The notes beneath the pieces were generated by a model. It saw nothing but the letters and a program-made list of their open reading frames with translations. It was not told where the DNA came from and did no database searches. This document shows positions 35,839 through 45,529 of a stretch of 64,000 nt of DNA, piece by piece. Origin of the DNA: Chlamydiota bacterium. Its GTDB lineage: Bacteria; Chlamydiota; Chlamydiia; Chlamydiales; JAAZZY01. The DNA is taken from assembly GCA_022601335.1 (NCBI GenBank), contig JAJACV010000025.1:1-64000 (forward strand). Direction: 5' to 3'. The number at the start of each line of letters is the position of its first letter. Position 1 is the stretch's first letter. Position numbers and translations under genes: made by a program.

Positions 35839-37941
35839 GTGCGTTGTTTCTGTTTTGCATTTCTCCTTATTTTGTTACCTCTAAGCCTTTTTGCAGAAGA
35901 GTCTTCGGATGTGCATGTCGATCTACAGTCCCCTATGTATGAAGACGGCGTTCTAACAACTGATAATGGCGGAGTTATTGAAGGTCCGAATATCCGCATT
36001 CAAGCGAAGAAAATTACCTATGTAAAAAGAGATGACCAGTGGACAGTTCGAGCACAAGAAGACCTCATCGTTCATTATCAAGGATATTGTTTTACTGGCA
36101 ATGAAGCAGAGTACGATTTTTTAAATAAAAAGGGGCTTATAGATGAGGGAAGAACTCAAATAGGCAGTTGGTACCTAGGCGGTCATACGATATTTCTAGA
36201 ACCGAGAGGAAATTACAGATTCAAGGGACTCTACCTCACAACTTGTGAAAGGGAAAAAAGCCTGTGGCAACTCCATGTTCAAGAAGGCACTATTGAGGAA
36301 GGTAATTTACTAAAGGCTAAAAACCTACAAGTAAAAGTGTTTCAACTACCTATCTTTTGGTTTCCCTATTTCTGGGCCAATTTATCTACTCTCCAAGACC
36401 TTATTGCAAAATATGAGTTTATAACAGGTGGAACAACAGGCGAGCGATTGGGAATGCGTTATCAAATTTACTCGTGGAGAAATACACGCGTTTTTCTACA
36501 AGCGGACTATTGGTTTACGCGCGGCCCTACCACATCACTGCAATTCGACTATGAAAATGCAAAAAATTTCACCACCTTTAAAGGAAATAATTTCATAGCT
36601 TTTGATTACCATGGAGCTCACCCTTATGGAATTTTTAGAAATCGCTTCGTAGGAGAATTTCAAGCTAAATTATTTGATCAACTTGAAATCGAAGGAGCTT
36701 ACGACAAACTCAGTGATAGCAATGTTCTAGAGACTTATTTTAATCGCGATTATTTCCTTCAAATAGAGCGCAGAACCAGGCTCCAGATGCGCCTTCAAAA
36801 AGACCAGTGGATCGGATTTTTAAGAACAGAGGCACGGATTAACCCTTTTGATGTAGTGAGTCAAGAACTCCCCTATTTTCAATTTGATCTTAAACCGTTC
36901 ACTTTATTCTCAACGCCTCTAGTCGCTGACCTTTCATTTAACGCCGGCTATCTTGATTACGTATACGGCAACATTATTGTAAATTCTCCTCACAACTTTA
37001 GATCCCCTCGAGTTGAGATCTACCCGAGGCTTTACCTCCCCTTTCATCTAGGGCCTATCTCTATTACACCTAGAGCAGAATATATAGGAATTGGGTACGG
37101 ACAAAGTCTCGTTGGACATGCCGTCTGGAGTTCTTTGGGAGAATTAGGCGCCCTCGCCAATATATCCGCCTCAAAAAAAATATCCCCATCGCTCAAACAT
37201 ATTGTTGAGCCTTATACAGAATATACTTACTACTCCAAACCAACCATTCCATTTGAAAACCACTACCTTTTTAATTTCAGAGATTCCTATGTGAAAATCA
37301 ATCAATTAAAATGGGGCCTTAGAAATTCTCTCTACTACAAACTCTCTGAACAGATTTACACACCTTTATTTTTAGATATTTACACCTATGGTTTTTTCAA
37401 TAATACGACTATAGGCGCCTTTGTCCCTAAATTATATTTAGAACTCTCTTCAAAGTGGCCTAGTTTATATGTAGAAATGTGGGGAGGATATAACTTTCAA
37501 CACAACGTCATAGATTCAGCAAATGCAAAATTAGCTTATACCTTTAATGAAGATTTAGCCTGTAGTTTTTCATTTAGACATAGAAGCCGCTATGATTACA
37601 AGAAAGCTGACCACGACAACTATTTTTTAGATGTTTTTCGATCTCAAGCAGATTTGCTCGCGTCCCCTCTGTCTGATAGACGTGACATTTTTCTTACTTC
37701 TGTCTATTGGAAACCTTTAAAGAAGCTCATTTTAGAGTTCAAATCAAGAACGGGGTGGCACCGAGTTGAAGCCCCTTTTTATAACGAACTTTTTTTCACG
37801 GTGACCGTTCTCTTGCCATGCAACTGGAGATTCATATTTAACCCCCGCAGAACAGTCGTTGAGGGTTGGCGCTGGGATTTCAGATTTGAGCTAGGTGAAG
37901 CCCCTCCTAAAGAGGCTTCAGCGCCCTTTGTTTTTTGGTAA
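35839..37941 (+). CDS. lptD: LPS-assembly outer-membrane protein LptD (OstA family)
   Basis: Signal peptide, then an N-terminal OstA-like jellyroll. The motif TTCE...LWQL...VK.FQLPIFWFPY is collinear with E. coli LptD TSCLPGSDTW...FKVGPVPIFYSPY. A long C-terminal barrel ends in the aromatic FVFW. Confidence 0.7.
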   Translation: MRCFCFAFLLILLPLSLFAEESSDVHVDLQSPMYEDGVLTTDNGGVIEGPNIRIQAKKITYVKRDDQWTVRAQEDLIVHYQGYCFTGNEAEYDFLNKKGLIDEGRTQIGSWYLGGHTIFLEPRGNYRFKGLYLTTCEREKSLWQLHVQEGTIEEGNLLKAKNLQVKVFQLPIFWFPYFWANLSTLQDLIAKYEFITGGTTGERLGMRYQIYSWRNTRVFLQADYWFTRGPTTSLQFDYENAKNFTTFKGNNFIAFDYHGAHPYGIFRNRFVGEFQAKLFDQLEIEGAYDKLSDSNVLETYFNRDYFLQIERRTRLQMRLQKDQWIGFLRTEARINPFDVVSQELPYFQFDLKPFTLFSTPLVADLSFNAGYLDYVYGNIIVNSPHNFRSPRVEIYPRLYLPFHLGPISITPRAEYIGIGYGQSLVGHAVWSSLGELGALANISASKKISPSLKHIVEPYTEYTYYSKPTIPFENHYLFNFRDSYVKINQLKWGLRNSLYYKLSEQIYTPLFLDIYTYGFFNNTTIGAFVPKLYLELSSKWPSLYVEMWGGYNFQHNVIDSANAKLAYTFNEDLACSFSFRHRSRYDYKKADHDNYFLDVFRSQADLLASPLSDRRDIFLTSVYWKPLKKLILEFKSRTGWHRVEAPFYNELFFTVTVLLPCNWRFIFNPRRTVVEGWRWDFRFELGEAPPKEASAPFVFW

Positions 37942-37949
37942 GAGAAAAA

Positions 37950-38423
37950 CTATTTCTTCTTACGCGGCTTTTCAGCATCTTCCATTAATTTTCTTTTGAA
38001 AATCGCATCAATAGAGAGCATTCCTGGTCCAAAAAAGAGGACGACTAATGATGCAAACAGGAAAGAAAAAGGTGGAGCAGAGAAGAAATAAGCCGGATCT
38101 CTGAAAAAGCTGTAGAATTGAGCCGGGTGGGCTACGATATAAGCCGCAAACATAATGACCGCTGTACAAGCAGCTCCTATTCTAGAGAGAAATCCAAAAA
38201 ATATTAAAATCCCTCCTATTAACTCTACAAGTGTGACAAGATAAGCCACTGTTGTAGAAACACCTAATTGATTCATAAAATCTATAAAAGGAGCCATATC
38301 TGTAATTTTATAGAATCCGCCTATAAAAAAAAGAAATCCCCAGTAGACTCTAACAATTAATAAAAGTATTGATTGAAACGCATTTGTGGTATAGTACCAA
38401 CATTTGAAAAAATTGCTATCCAT
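37950..38423 (-). CDS. DoxX-family membrane protein
   Basis: Four TM helices with the LLRVYWGFLF pattern typical of DoxX. Confidence 0.65.
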   Translation of the reverse strand: MDSNFFKCWYYTTNAFQSILLLIVRVYWGFLFFIGGFYKITDMAPFIDFMNQLGVSTTVAYLVTLVELIGGILIFFGFLSRIGAACTAVIMFAAYIVAHPAQFYSFFRDPAYFFSAPPFSFLFASLVVLFFGPGMLSIDAIFKRKLMEDAEKPRKKK

Positions 38424-38545
38424 AAAAACCTTTAAATTTTTATATTACCTCAATACTTGTCCTTATAGGAACAGAAGCATTTATGAATACCCTTTTTTTT
38501 AAATATCTTTTAAACTTTAATTAACCTATTTACACCAAGCTGTCT

Positions 38546-40099
38546 ATGCCCGAATCATCTACACCCTTTCAAAACCCGCTTTCAGAAGGTTCTAGAAGCT
38601 CAAACCCTATTGATCCCTGTATTCTAGTTATTTTTGGCGTAACAGGTGATTTAGCCGCTAGAAAGTTAATGCCTGCTCTTTATAATCTCGCTAAAGAAGG
38701 GCAACTACCCATGCACTTCTCCTGCGTCGGCTTCGCAAGGCGTGAGAAAACGGATGAAGGATTTAGACAAGAGATGCGCACAGCGGTAGAAAAACACTCT
38801 CGCTCACAACCTCTTGATGAATCTGTCTGGAAGAACTTTGAGAGCAAACTTTTTTACCACCATTCAGAATTTGACAACGACGAGGGGTATGCAGCACTAG
38901 AAAAATCGCTTGCTTCCTTAGATGAAAAGTTTAAGACTCTTGGAAATCGAATTTATTACCTAGCGACTCAGCCGAGCTTTTTTACAGGTATTATTGAAAA
39001 ATTATCCAAGTACAAATTGATTTACCCTTACTCTGATGATCAAAAACCTTGGTCTCGAGTCATTATAGAAAAACCTTTTGGTCATGACTATCAATCGGCC
39101 CTAGCACTTCAAGATCATATTTCTAAATTCCTAAGTGAGAAGCAAATTTATCGTATTGATCACTATTTAGGAAAGGAAACGGCTCAAAACATCTTAACCT
39201 TTAGATTTTCTAATCTTATTTTTGAAGCGATTCTCAACCACCGCTATGTAGACCATGTCCAAATAACAGCTTCTGAAGACATAGGCATAGGAACTCGAGG
39301 ACGTTTTTGGGAAGAAACGGGCCTCTTAAGAGATATGATACAAAGTCATTTGATCCAATTAATGTCTCTTATTGCTATGGAGCCCCCTGTTAACTCAAAG
39401 GCTGATTCCATTCGAAGTGAAAAAGTTAAGGTACTTGAGGCCATTCGAGAAATTCCACTAGATAAGATCGACGAACATGTCATTCGAGGTCAATATGAAA
39501 AAGGATTTGTAAGGGGTGAAGAAGTCAAAGGATATCATGAAGAAGATCTAGTCGATCCTAATTCCAATAGAGAAACCTTTGTAGCCATGCAGCTTTTCGT
39601 CGATAATTGGCGCTGGGCAAACGTCCCTTTCTACCTTAGAAGTGGCAAAAGGCTCCCTAAGAAATGTACCGAAATTGCGATTGTATTTCACCGTGTTCCT
39701 GATATTTTGCATGCACATAAAAATGCCAATTACGACCAAAATGTTTTATCTATTAGAATTCAACCCAATGAAGGCATTTCCCTCAACATGAACTGCAAGG
39801 TTCCTGGAATTTCCACACCGGTTCAACCAGTCAAAATGGACTTCAAGTACGACACGTATTTTGGACTCACACCTCCTGAAGCTTATGAAAGATTAATTTG
39901 TGATGCTGTTTCAGGTGACCCAACTCTCTTTGCTAGGGAAGACGAGGTTCTAACTTCATGGAAACTAGTCTCCCCTATTTTAGAGTACTGGGAAAAACAA
40001 AGTTCTAATACTCCCCCAAACTACTCGGCTGGGAGTTGGGGACCCAAGGAAGCTGATGAACTGCTTTTAAAATCAAATCGATCATGGAGACTGATCTAA
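38546..40099 (+). CDS. zwf: Glucose-6-phosphate 1-dehydrogenase
   Basis: NAD(P)-binding motif FGVTGDLAARKL, the active-site nonapeptide RIDHYLGKE, and the EKPFG motif. Confidence 0.9.
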   Translation: MPESSTPFQNPLSEGSRSSNPIDPCILVIFGVTGDLAARKLMPALYNLAKEGQLPMHFSCVGFARREKTDEGFRQEMRTAVEKHSRSQPLDESVWKNFESKLFYHHSEFDNDEGYAALEKSLASLDEKFKTLGNRIYYLATQPSFFTGIIEKLSKYKLIYPYSDDQKPWSRVIIEKPFGHDYQSALALQDHISKFLSEKQIYRIDHYLGKETAQNILTFRFSNLIFEAILNHRYVDHVQITASEDIGIGTRGRFWEETGLLRDMIQSHLIQLMSLIAMEPPVNSKADSIRSEKVKVLEAIREIPLDKIDEHVIRGQYEKGFVRGEEVKGYHEEDLVDPNSNRETFVAMQLFVDNWRWANVPFYLRSGKRLPKKCTEIAIVFHRVPDILHAHKNANYDQNVLSIRIQPNEGISLNMNCKVPGISTPVQPVKMDFKYDTYFGLTPPEAYERLICDAVSGDPTLFAREDEVLTSWKLVSPILEYWEKQSSNTPPNYSAGSWGPKEADELLLKSNRSWRLI

Positions 40100-40680
40100 T
40101 AAGATAACTAGATCTGTTAGAAGAAACTCATAAAGAAAACAAGCAACAAAGAGCCTGTTTATTCAACAAATCCAGATAAGCTACCGTTACTTTAAATCTA
40201 TTCATATCTACTTATTCAATATTATGAATAGCACGCAGGCCTAACAGCTCTTCCTACGTATTCGCCAGAAGGAATTCCACCTCCAACTATCGAGAGTTTT
40301 TGACTATCCTTTGAGGATCTTGTTGCCCGATAGAGCATGACATATGCAGCTCTCTCTTTCAAAAACGAAAAAGGTTTTTTACAAACAATCTTAAACGGAG
40401 CTTTGCGTTGAAATTATTCAGGAAATTGAAGACTCTCCAGAGGGAATACAATCAGTAGAAATTACACAACGCAAAATAAAAACTTTAAATATTCTTTAGA
40501 ATCCATGGATTCAAGGATCAAATTTGAAATTAAAGATGAAAAAAAACCGAATAATCTATACACTACTTTCCTAATGCTCCCAAAGTGGGAGCACTCCCTA
40601 GCACGGGAAATTTGCTATCAAGAAACAAGCAAACATTATTATAATACTCTTGCGACTCTATCACGCATTCAAGGACTTAT

Positions 40681-41448
40681 ATGAGCTTAGATGACATTCA
40701 AAAAAACATTCACTCTTTTGATGAGAGAAGAGACCTCGCACTAGCTGGAGATTACGAAGAAACGCTTTCCTTCTGCGTTGATTATTTTCTTCAAAAAGCA
40801 AACGAAGCTATTGCTAAAAAAGGTTTCTTCACAATAGCTCTTTCTGGGGGAAACACACCTAAAGCCATACTAAAGAAACTGACTCAGCCTGAACACGTCT
40901 CTAAAGTGGACTGGGACAAGATTTATTTTTTCTTTGGAGATGAGCGAAGCGTTCCACCTGATCATAATGACAGCAATTATAAGATGGTAATGGACACAGC
41001 CCTTACTTTGTTAGATGTTCCACCGGAAAACATTCACAGAATGGTTGCTGAAATAGACGGAGATACAAACGCAGAGCTGTATGAAAAACTCATTCGTGAA
41101 AAAGTTCCTGAAGGTCGTTTTGACTTAATTACTTTAGGAATGGGCGACGACGGCCATACAGCTTCCCTGTTCCCCAAAACACAAGCTCTGACTATTGAAG
41201 ACAAATGGGTTGTTTTAAATGAGGTTCCTCAAAAAGAAACCTCACGGATGACCTTTACCTACCCTCTGATCAATCAAGCTCACAACATTTGCTTCTTTGT
41301 CCTTGGAAAAGGAAAAGAAGACAGAGTCGCCTCTGTTTTACAAGGTGAATATCAACCTCTTCTCTATCCCTCTCAAAAAATAGGCACTTCACAAACTCAC
41401 GCTCTTTGGATCTTAGATCAAGACGCCGCAACCCAATTGAAACTATAG
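40681..41448 (+). CDS. pgl: 6-phosphogluconolactonase
   Basis: FTIALSGGNTPK motif and GDDGHTASLFP. Confidence 0.85.
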   Translation: MSLDDIQKNIHSFDERRDLALAGDYEETLSFCVDYFLQKANEAIAKKGFFTIALSGGNTPKAILKKLTQPEHVSKVDWDKIYFFFGDERSVPPDHNDSNYKMVMDTALTLLDVPPENIHRMVAEIDGDTNAELYEKLIREKVPEGRFDLITLGMGDDGHTASLFPKTQALTIEDKWVVLNEVPQKETSRMTFTYPLINQAHNICFFVLGKGKEDRVASVLQGEYQPLLYPSQKIGTSQTHALWILDQDAATQLKL

Positions 41449-42461
41449 TGCTTGTACTCGGTATTGAATCTACTTGTGATGAAACAGCTGTTGCTCTTGT
41501 TGAATCGGGCAAAACTATTTTATCCAATATTATCTATTCTCAAAGTGAAGAGCATGAGAAATATGGTGGAGTTGTTCCTGAACTTGCAAGTAGAAAACAC
41601 TTAGATGTCATCATCCCCGTTCTAAAAGAAGCTTTAGAGAAAGCAAATAAGACTTTGGATGATATTGACTTAGTCGCTGCTGCTAGAGGACCCGGCTTAA
41701 TGGGGGCTCTTTTAATAGGTTTAAATGTAGCAAAAAGTTTAAGTCTGGCTCTAAATAAACCCTTTGTCGGCGTAAATCATTCTGAGGCTCACCTCTACGC
41801 TTCAATGATGCCCAATGCTCCAGAAAAATTCCCCTGTCTCGGAGTACTTCTATCAGGAGGCCACACTGCGTTGGTCCATATTGATGAAAAACGTAGATAC
41901 CGCATACTCGGGACAACTGTTGATGATGCTATTGGCGAAGCTTTTGATAAAGTAGCATCCCTTCTAGGCTATCCCTACCCAGGGGGACCTTTTGTTGAAA
42001 ATCTTGCTTTAGATGGAGATCCTTACAAATACTCTTTTAATGCAGGTCAGGTTAAAAAAAATCCTTTAGATTTTTCTTTTAGCGGCCTCAAAACAAATGT
42101 ACTCTACACAATTAAAGGTCAAAACAACAACAAGGCCAGAGATCCTTTGAGTGAGCAAGAAAAACACGATATTGCAGCATCTTTCCAAAGAGCCGCTTTT
42201 TCTGATGTTGTCAATAAAACTTTATTAGCTTTAGACAAGACTCCCTATAACGCTTTAATTTTAGGAGGAGGCGTTACATCCAGCAGAACACTTAAAAAAA
42301 TGTTTTCAGAAGCGCTCCCCGACCTCCCTCAGTTTTGGCCAACAAAAGCCCTAGCTACTGACAACGCTGCCATGATTGCTGGACTCGCTTTCCACCAGTT
42401 TAAAAACGAAGCTGATTCCCTCCATTTAAAAGCTTCTCCACGAATTCCTCATTTAATCTAA
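41448..42461 (+). CDS. tsaD: tRNA N6-adenosine threonylcarbamoyltransferase TsaD
   Basis: LVLGIESTCDETAVAL N-terminus, an HSEAH metal-binding motif and GG.T motifs. A GTG at 41448 (overlapping the pgl stop, TAGTG) is preferred. An in-frame upstream ATG at 41406 is an alternative start. Confidence 0.85.
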   Translation: MLVLGIESTCDETAVALVESGKTILSNIIYSQSEEHEKYGGVVPELASRKHLDVIIPVLKEALEKANKTLDDIDLVAAARGPGLMGALLIGLNVAKSLSLALNKPFVGVNHSEAHLYASMMPNAPEKFPCLGVLLSGGHTALVHIDEKRRYRILGTTVDDAIGEAFDKVASLLGYPYPGGPFVENLALDGDPYKYSFNAGQVKKNPLDFSFSGLKTNVLYTIKGQNNNKARDPLSEQEKHDIAASFQRAAFSDVVNKTLLALDKTPYNALILGGGVTSSRTLKKMFSEALPDLPQFWPTKALATDNAAMIAGLAFHQFKNEADSLHLKASPRIPHLI

Positions 42462-42527
42462 ATTTGCTTGTAGAAAAATCTAACAATACCTTATAATGTC
42501 ATTTTAAATTTATTATTGAGATTTGAA

Positions 42528-42677
42528 ATGGCACGAGAAAATATAAAGTTAAAGAGTGAAGAAAGCTCTGAGTACTATTACACTACTAAGAACAAGACAC
42601 AGACTCCTGAGAGACTTTCTATGAGAAAGTTCGACAAGAAACTTCGCAAGCATGTGATTTTCAAAGAGACTAAATAA
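42528..42677 (+). CDS. rpmG: 50S ribosomal protein L33 (49 aa; below the ORF-track size cutoff)
   Basis: Manual translation gives MARENIKLKSEESSEYYYTTKNKTQTPERLSMRKFDKKLRKHVIFKETK. This matches the L33 consensus (..[27 protein letters not shown].K). Confidence 0.8.
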   Translation: MARENIKLKSEESSEYYYTTKNKTQTPERLSMRKFDKKLRKHVIFKETK

Positions 42678-42720
42678 TTTTAGAGAACTGCCTCCTTTCA
42701 GCGCGCTTTGCGCGCGCATC

Positions 42721-42756
42721 AAACGCCTTTTCTTAGAAAGGGCGTTTGTTTTTAAA
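42721..42756 (+). terminator. Rho-independent terminator after rpmG
   Basis: A 12-bp stem AAACGCCTTTTC / GAAAGGGCGTTT (one G-U) with a 4-nt loop is followed by GTTTTT. A GC palindrome GCGCGCTTTGCGCGCGC lies just upstream at 42700-42718. Confidence 0.6.
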
Positions 42757-42767
42757 ATGAGATTGAC

Positions 42768-44852
42768 ATGTTTGAACTGTCGTTAATCAAAAAATACCTT
42801 CACCCAAGATGGAAGCAGCTCTCTGTTTCTATTGTTTCTATTGTTTCAGTTTTAGTTATTGCTTTAGTTGTTTGGCTCATTTTAGTCTTTTTATCCGTTA
42901 CAAATGGCATTGAGAAAAAGTGGACAGAAAAACTTGTTGCACTAAGCGCTCCGATGCAAATAACCCCCACAGATGCTTACTATCAATCCGACTACTATCA
43001 ATTTGACGGTATTTCCTACTTAGCAGACTATTCTTATAAAACAATTGAGGAGAAGCAAACGTCTTCCCTTTCATACGACCCCTCTGTTGATGAAGAACCA
43101 AAAGGCAACTGGATACCTACTGAAGGAAAAGATTTAGTCAAAGAGGTTTTTGAATCTATCAGCTCCACAAAAGGACTTGGAAAGCTTTCAGCATGCGACT
43201 TTGAAGTCTCCGTCTCCAACGCACGCTTTCGCTTGCTGAGATCCTCTGACACGTGTGATCTTGGCCAGGGAGCCAATTCTCAAAGCTTTTTAAATCAAAT
43301 AGCATACCTATCTTCTTTTGACTCCCAAAATGAGCGACTGCAAAATATCCTTCTAGAACCTTCAATGAAAGATTTAACAAATGTTTTCTCACTATTGGGA
43401 TCTTCTGGTGAAAATATTCAACAAGATCAGCCAGAGAAAGACCCTCTTGTATCACACAAAGATTTTCAATCTCGCCTAAAAACTTTTTTGCAACATGTTG
43501 AAATAACACACCTAAGAGTCAGCGATAAAGGCTACCTTTTTCATAAGGATTTTTTTCCAAAAAAAGGGAAGTTGAAAGCCGTTTTAATTAATAATAACAC
43601 ACTAATTGTCCCTCAAAGTACACAACAACTTGCAGAACTAAAGAAAAGCTACGAGCTTTTAAACTTAAAAGCTGAAATAGCACAAATTGATTTAGGTCAA
43701 AATACGCTACTCGTTGATAGAACAAAAACGCCTCTTTCCTCTTATTATCTCTCTTTAAATCAGGATACCCAACTTCCAGCAAAACTTATTACCTCCTCGA
43801 TAAAAAGCGCTATCTATCCAGGGCACTTAAAATTTTGCTTAGATGCTAAAATTCAAGGATTGAGCTTTACGGGAGAAATCCCCTTTCACAATTTAGAAAT
43901 AGGAAATGTAAAAGTGAACCAAGACAGTGTCAAGCCCTCTCCATTTTGGGCTTATTGCACTCAATCAGATTCTAACAAAAAACTTTTTCTACCTCAAGAT
44001 CCCCAAGCTGGAGAAGGTGTTCTCTTACCTAAAATGTTCAGGGATCAAGATGTTTTAATGGGTGATAGAGGTTATTTTTCTTATCAAACAAACACAGCAT
44101 CTTCTCTTCAAGAAATGCGCATCCCTGTATTCGTCGCTGGCTTCTATGACCCAGGCCTCATACCGAATGCGGGTAAAATTATTCTAGCTCCCAAAAAAAT
44201 CATCTCATCTATTAATGCTTCCATAAATGTAAAAGACTCTTTAATAGGTAATGGCATTAATGTCTGGTTCGACAACATTCATCAAGCTCATCAAGTCAAA
44301 GAAGCTCTTACGCAAGCTTTTAAAAAGCGAGGCATTGAGCCGTTCTGGGAAATTAAAACGTACCGTGAGTACGAGTTTTCAAAAGACTTTATAGAACAAG
44401 TATCGTCCGATAAAACAATCTTTTCTCTCATTGCCGTTTTGATTATTGTTGTGGCCTGCACAAATATTATCTCCATGCTTATTCTACTCGTAAACAATAA
44501 GAAAAGAGAAATCGGTATCTTAGAAGCTATGGGGGCTTCAAAAAGAAGCATTGCTGTTATTTTTGGCGGATGCGGCCTAGTCATAGGTCTACTTAGTAGC
44601 GCTCTCGGCACTATTGGCGCTTATTTTACTCTAAAAAACATTCACCATCTCATTAATTTTATAAGTAAACTACAAGGTCATCAAGCCTTCAATCCCGCTT
44701 TTTTTGGAGATACGCTTCCAACAGAACTTAACTTAGAAGCTTTTAAGTTTGTTTTTATAGCTACCCTTATCATGTCACTGCTAGCAGGACTCATTCCCGC
44801 TATAAAAGCAATGCGCTTAAATACAACTGATATCTTAAGGAGCGAGCGCTAA
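42768..44852 (+). CDS. FtsX-family ABC transporter permease (LolC/LolE-like) with a greatly expanded periplasmic domain
   Basis: An N-terminal TM helix is followed by a ~530-aa extracytoplasmic region and a C-terminal FtsX 3-TM domain (IISMLILLVNNKKREIGILEAMGASKRSI). The stop overlaps the ATPase start. Confidence 0.65.
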   Translation: MFELSLIKKYLHPRWKQLSVSIVSIVSVLVIALVVWLILVFLSVTNGIEKKWTEKLVALSAPMQITPTDAYYQSDYYQFDGISYLADYSYKTIEEKQTSSLSYDPSVDEEPKGNWIPTEGKDLVKEVFESISSTKGLGKLSACDFEVSVSNARFRLLRSSDTCDLGQGANSQSFLNQIAYLSSFDSQNERLQNILLEPSMKDLTNVFSLLGSSGENIQQDQPEKDPLVSHKDFQSRLKTFLQHVEITHLRVSDKGYLFHKDFFPKKGKLKAVLINNNTLIVPQSTQQLAELKKSYELLNLKAEIAQIDLGQNTLLVDRTKTPLSSYYLSLNQDTQLPAKLITSSIKSAIYPGHLKFCLDAKIQGLSFTGEIPFHNLEIGNVKVNQDSVKPSPFWAYCTQSDSNKKLFLPQDPQAGEGVLLPKMFRDQDVLMGDRGYFSYQTNTASSLQEMRIPVFVAGFYDPGLIPNAGKIILAPKKIISSINASINVKDSLIGNGINVWFDNIHQAHQVKEALTQAFKKRGIEPFWEIKTYREYEFSKDFIEQVSSDKTIFSLIAVLIIVVACTNIISMLILLVNNKKREIGILEAMGASKRSIAVIFGGCGLVIGLLSSALGTIGAYFTLKNIHHLINFISKLQGHQAFNPAFFGDTLPTELNLEAFKFVFIATLIMSLLAGLIPAIKAMRLNTTDILRSER

Positions 44853-45529
44853 TGCTAAAAGCCACACACCTTAAAAAATCTTTTTTTGCACCCACGCATT
44901 GTGACATTCTAAAAGACATTAATCTTGAAGTACACCCGTCTGAAACAGTTGCCATTATGGGCACTTCGGGAGTTGGGAAAAGCACTCTACTTCATATATT
45001 AGGAACTTTAGAGACATGTGATAGCGGATTATTAGAAATAGCTCACCAGCCTCTTCCCAAGAATCTCAGTAAGCTGCGTAATCGACATATAGGTTTTATC
45101 TTTCAGTCTTTTTTCCTTTTAGACCATTTAACTGTGCTAGAAAATATTCTTCTACCTGCTAAAATTGCTCGATTTTCTATTTCTACAAACTCAAAAGCTT
45201 ACCAAAGAGCTCTTAATCTTTTAAAGAAGCTTCATCTAATGGATAGAAAAGACCATTTAGCAAAAACATTGTCAGGAGGTGAAAAACAACGCACTTGCAT
45301 AGCTAGAGCACTTTCAAATAATCCCAATCTGATCTTTGCCGATGAGCCTACAGGAAACTTAGATCAAAAAACATCCAGAGATATTCAAAAACTACTTTTA
45401 AGTACTGTTAAAGAAGAAGGGAAATCTCTCATTCTTGCAACTCATGACGCGGACTTTGCCAAAAAGTGCGACAAAGTTTACCTACTTAAAGACGGAAAAT
45501 TGTGGAATCTAGATCTTTCATTTAAGTAG
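44852..45529 (+). CDS. ABC transporter ATP-binding protein (LolD-like)
   Basis: Walker A GTSGVGKST, signature LSGGEKQR and Walker B LIFADEPTGNLD; 225 aa. Confidence 0.75.
   Translation: MLKATHLKKSFFAPTHCDILKDINLEVHPSETVAIMGTSGVGKSTLLHILGTLETCDSGLLEIAHQPLPKNLSKLRNRHIGFIFQSFFLLDHLTVLENILLPAKIARFSISTNSKAYQRALNLLKKLHLMDRKDHLAKTLSGGEKQRTCIARALSNNPNLIFADEPTGNLDQKTSRDIQKLLLSTVKEEGKSLILATHDADFAKKCDKVYLLKDGKLWNLDLSFK

Noticed and set aside
35796-35999. 67-aa minus-strand ORF upstream of and overlapping lptD
   Set aside because: It overlaps the lptD signal-peptide region antisense and has no RBS or family features.
40100-40680. SRP (4.5S) RNA or another known structured RNA in the zwf-pgl spacer
   Set aside because: No GGAA...CAGC domain-IV signature was found. 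Only a single short hairpin was seen, so no specific RNA family is called.
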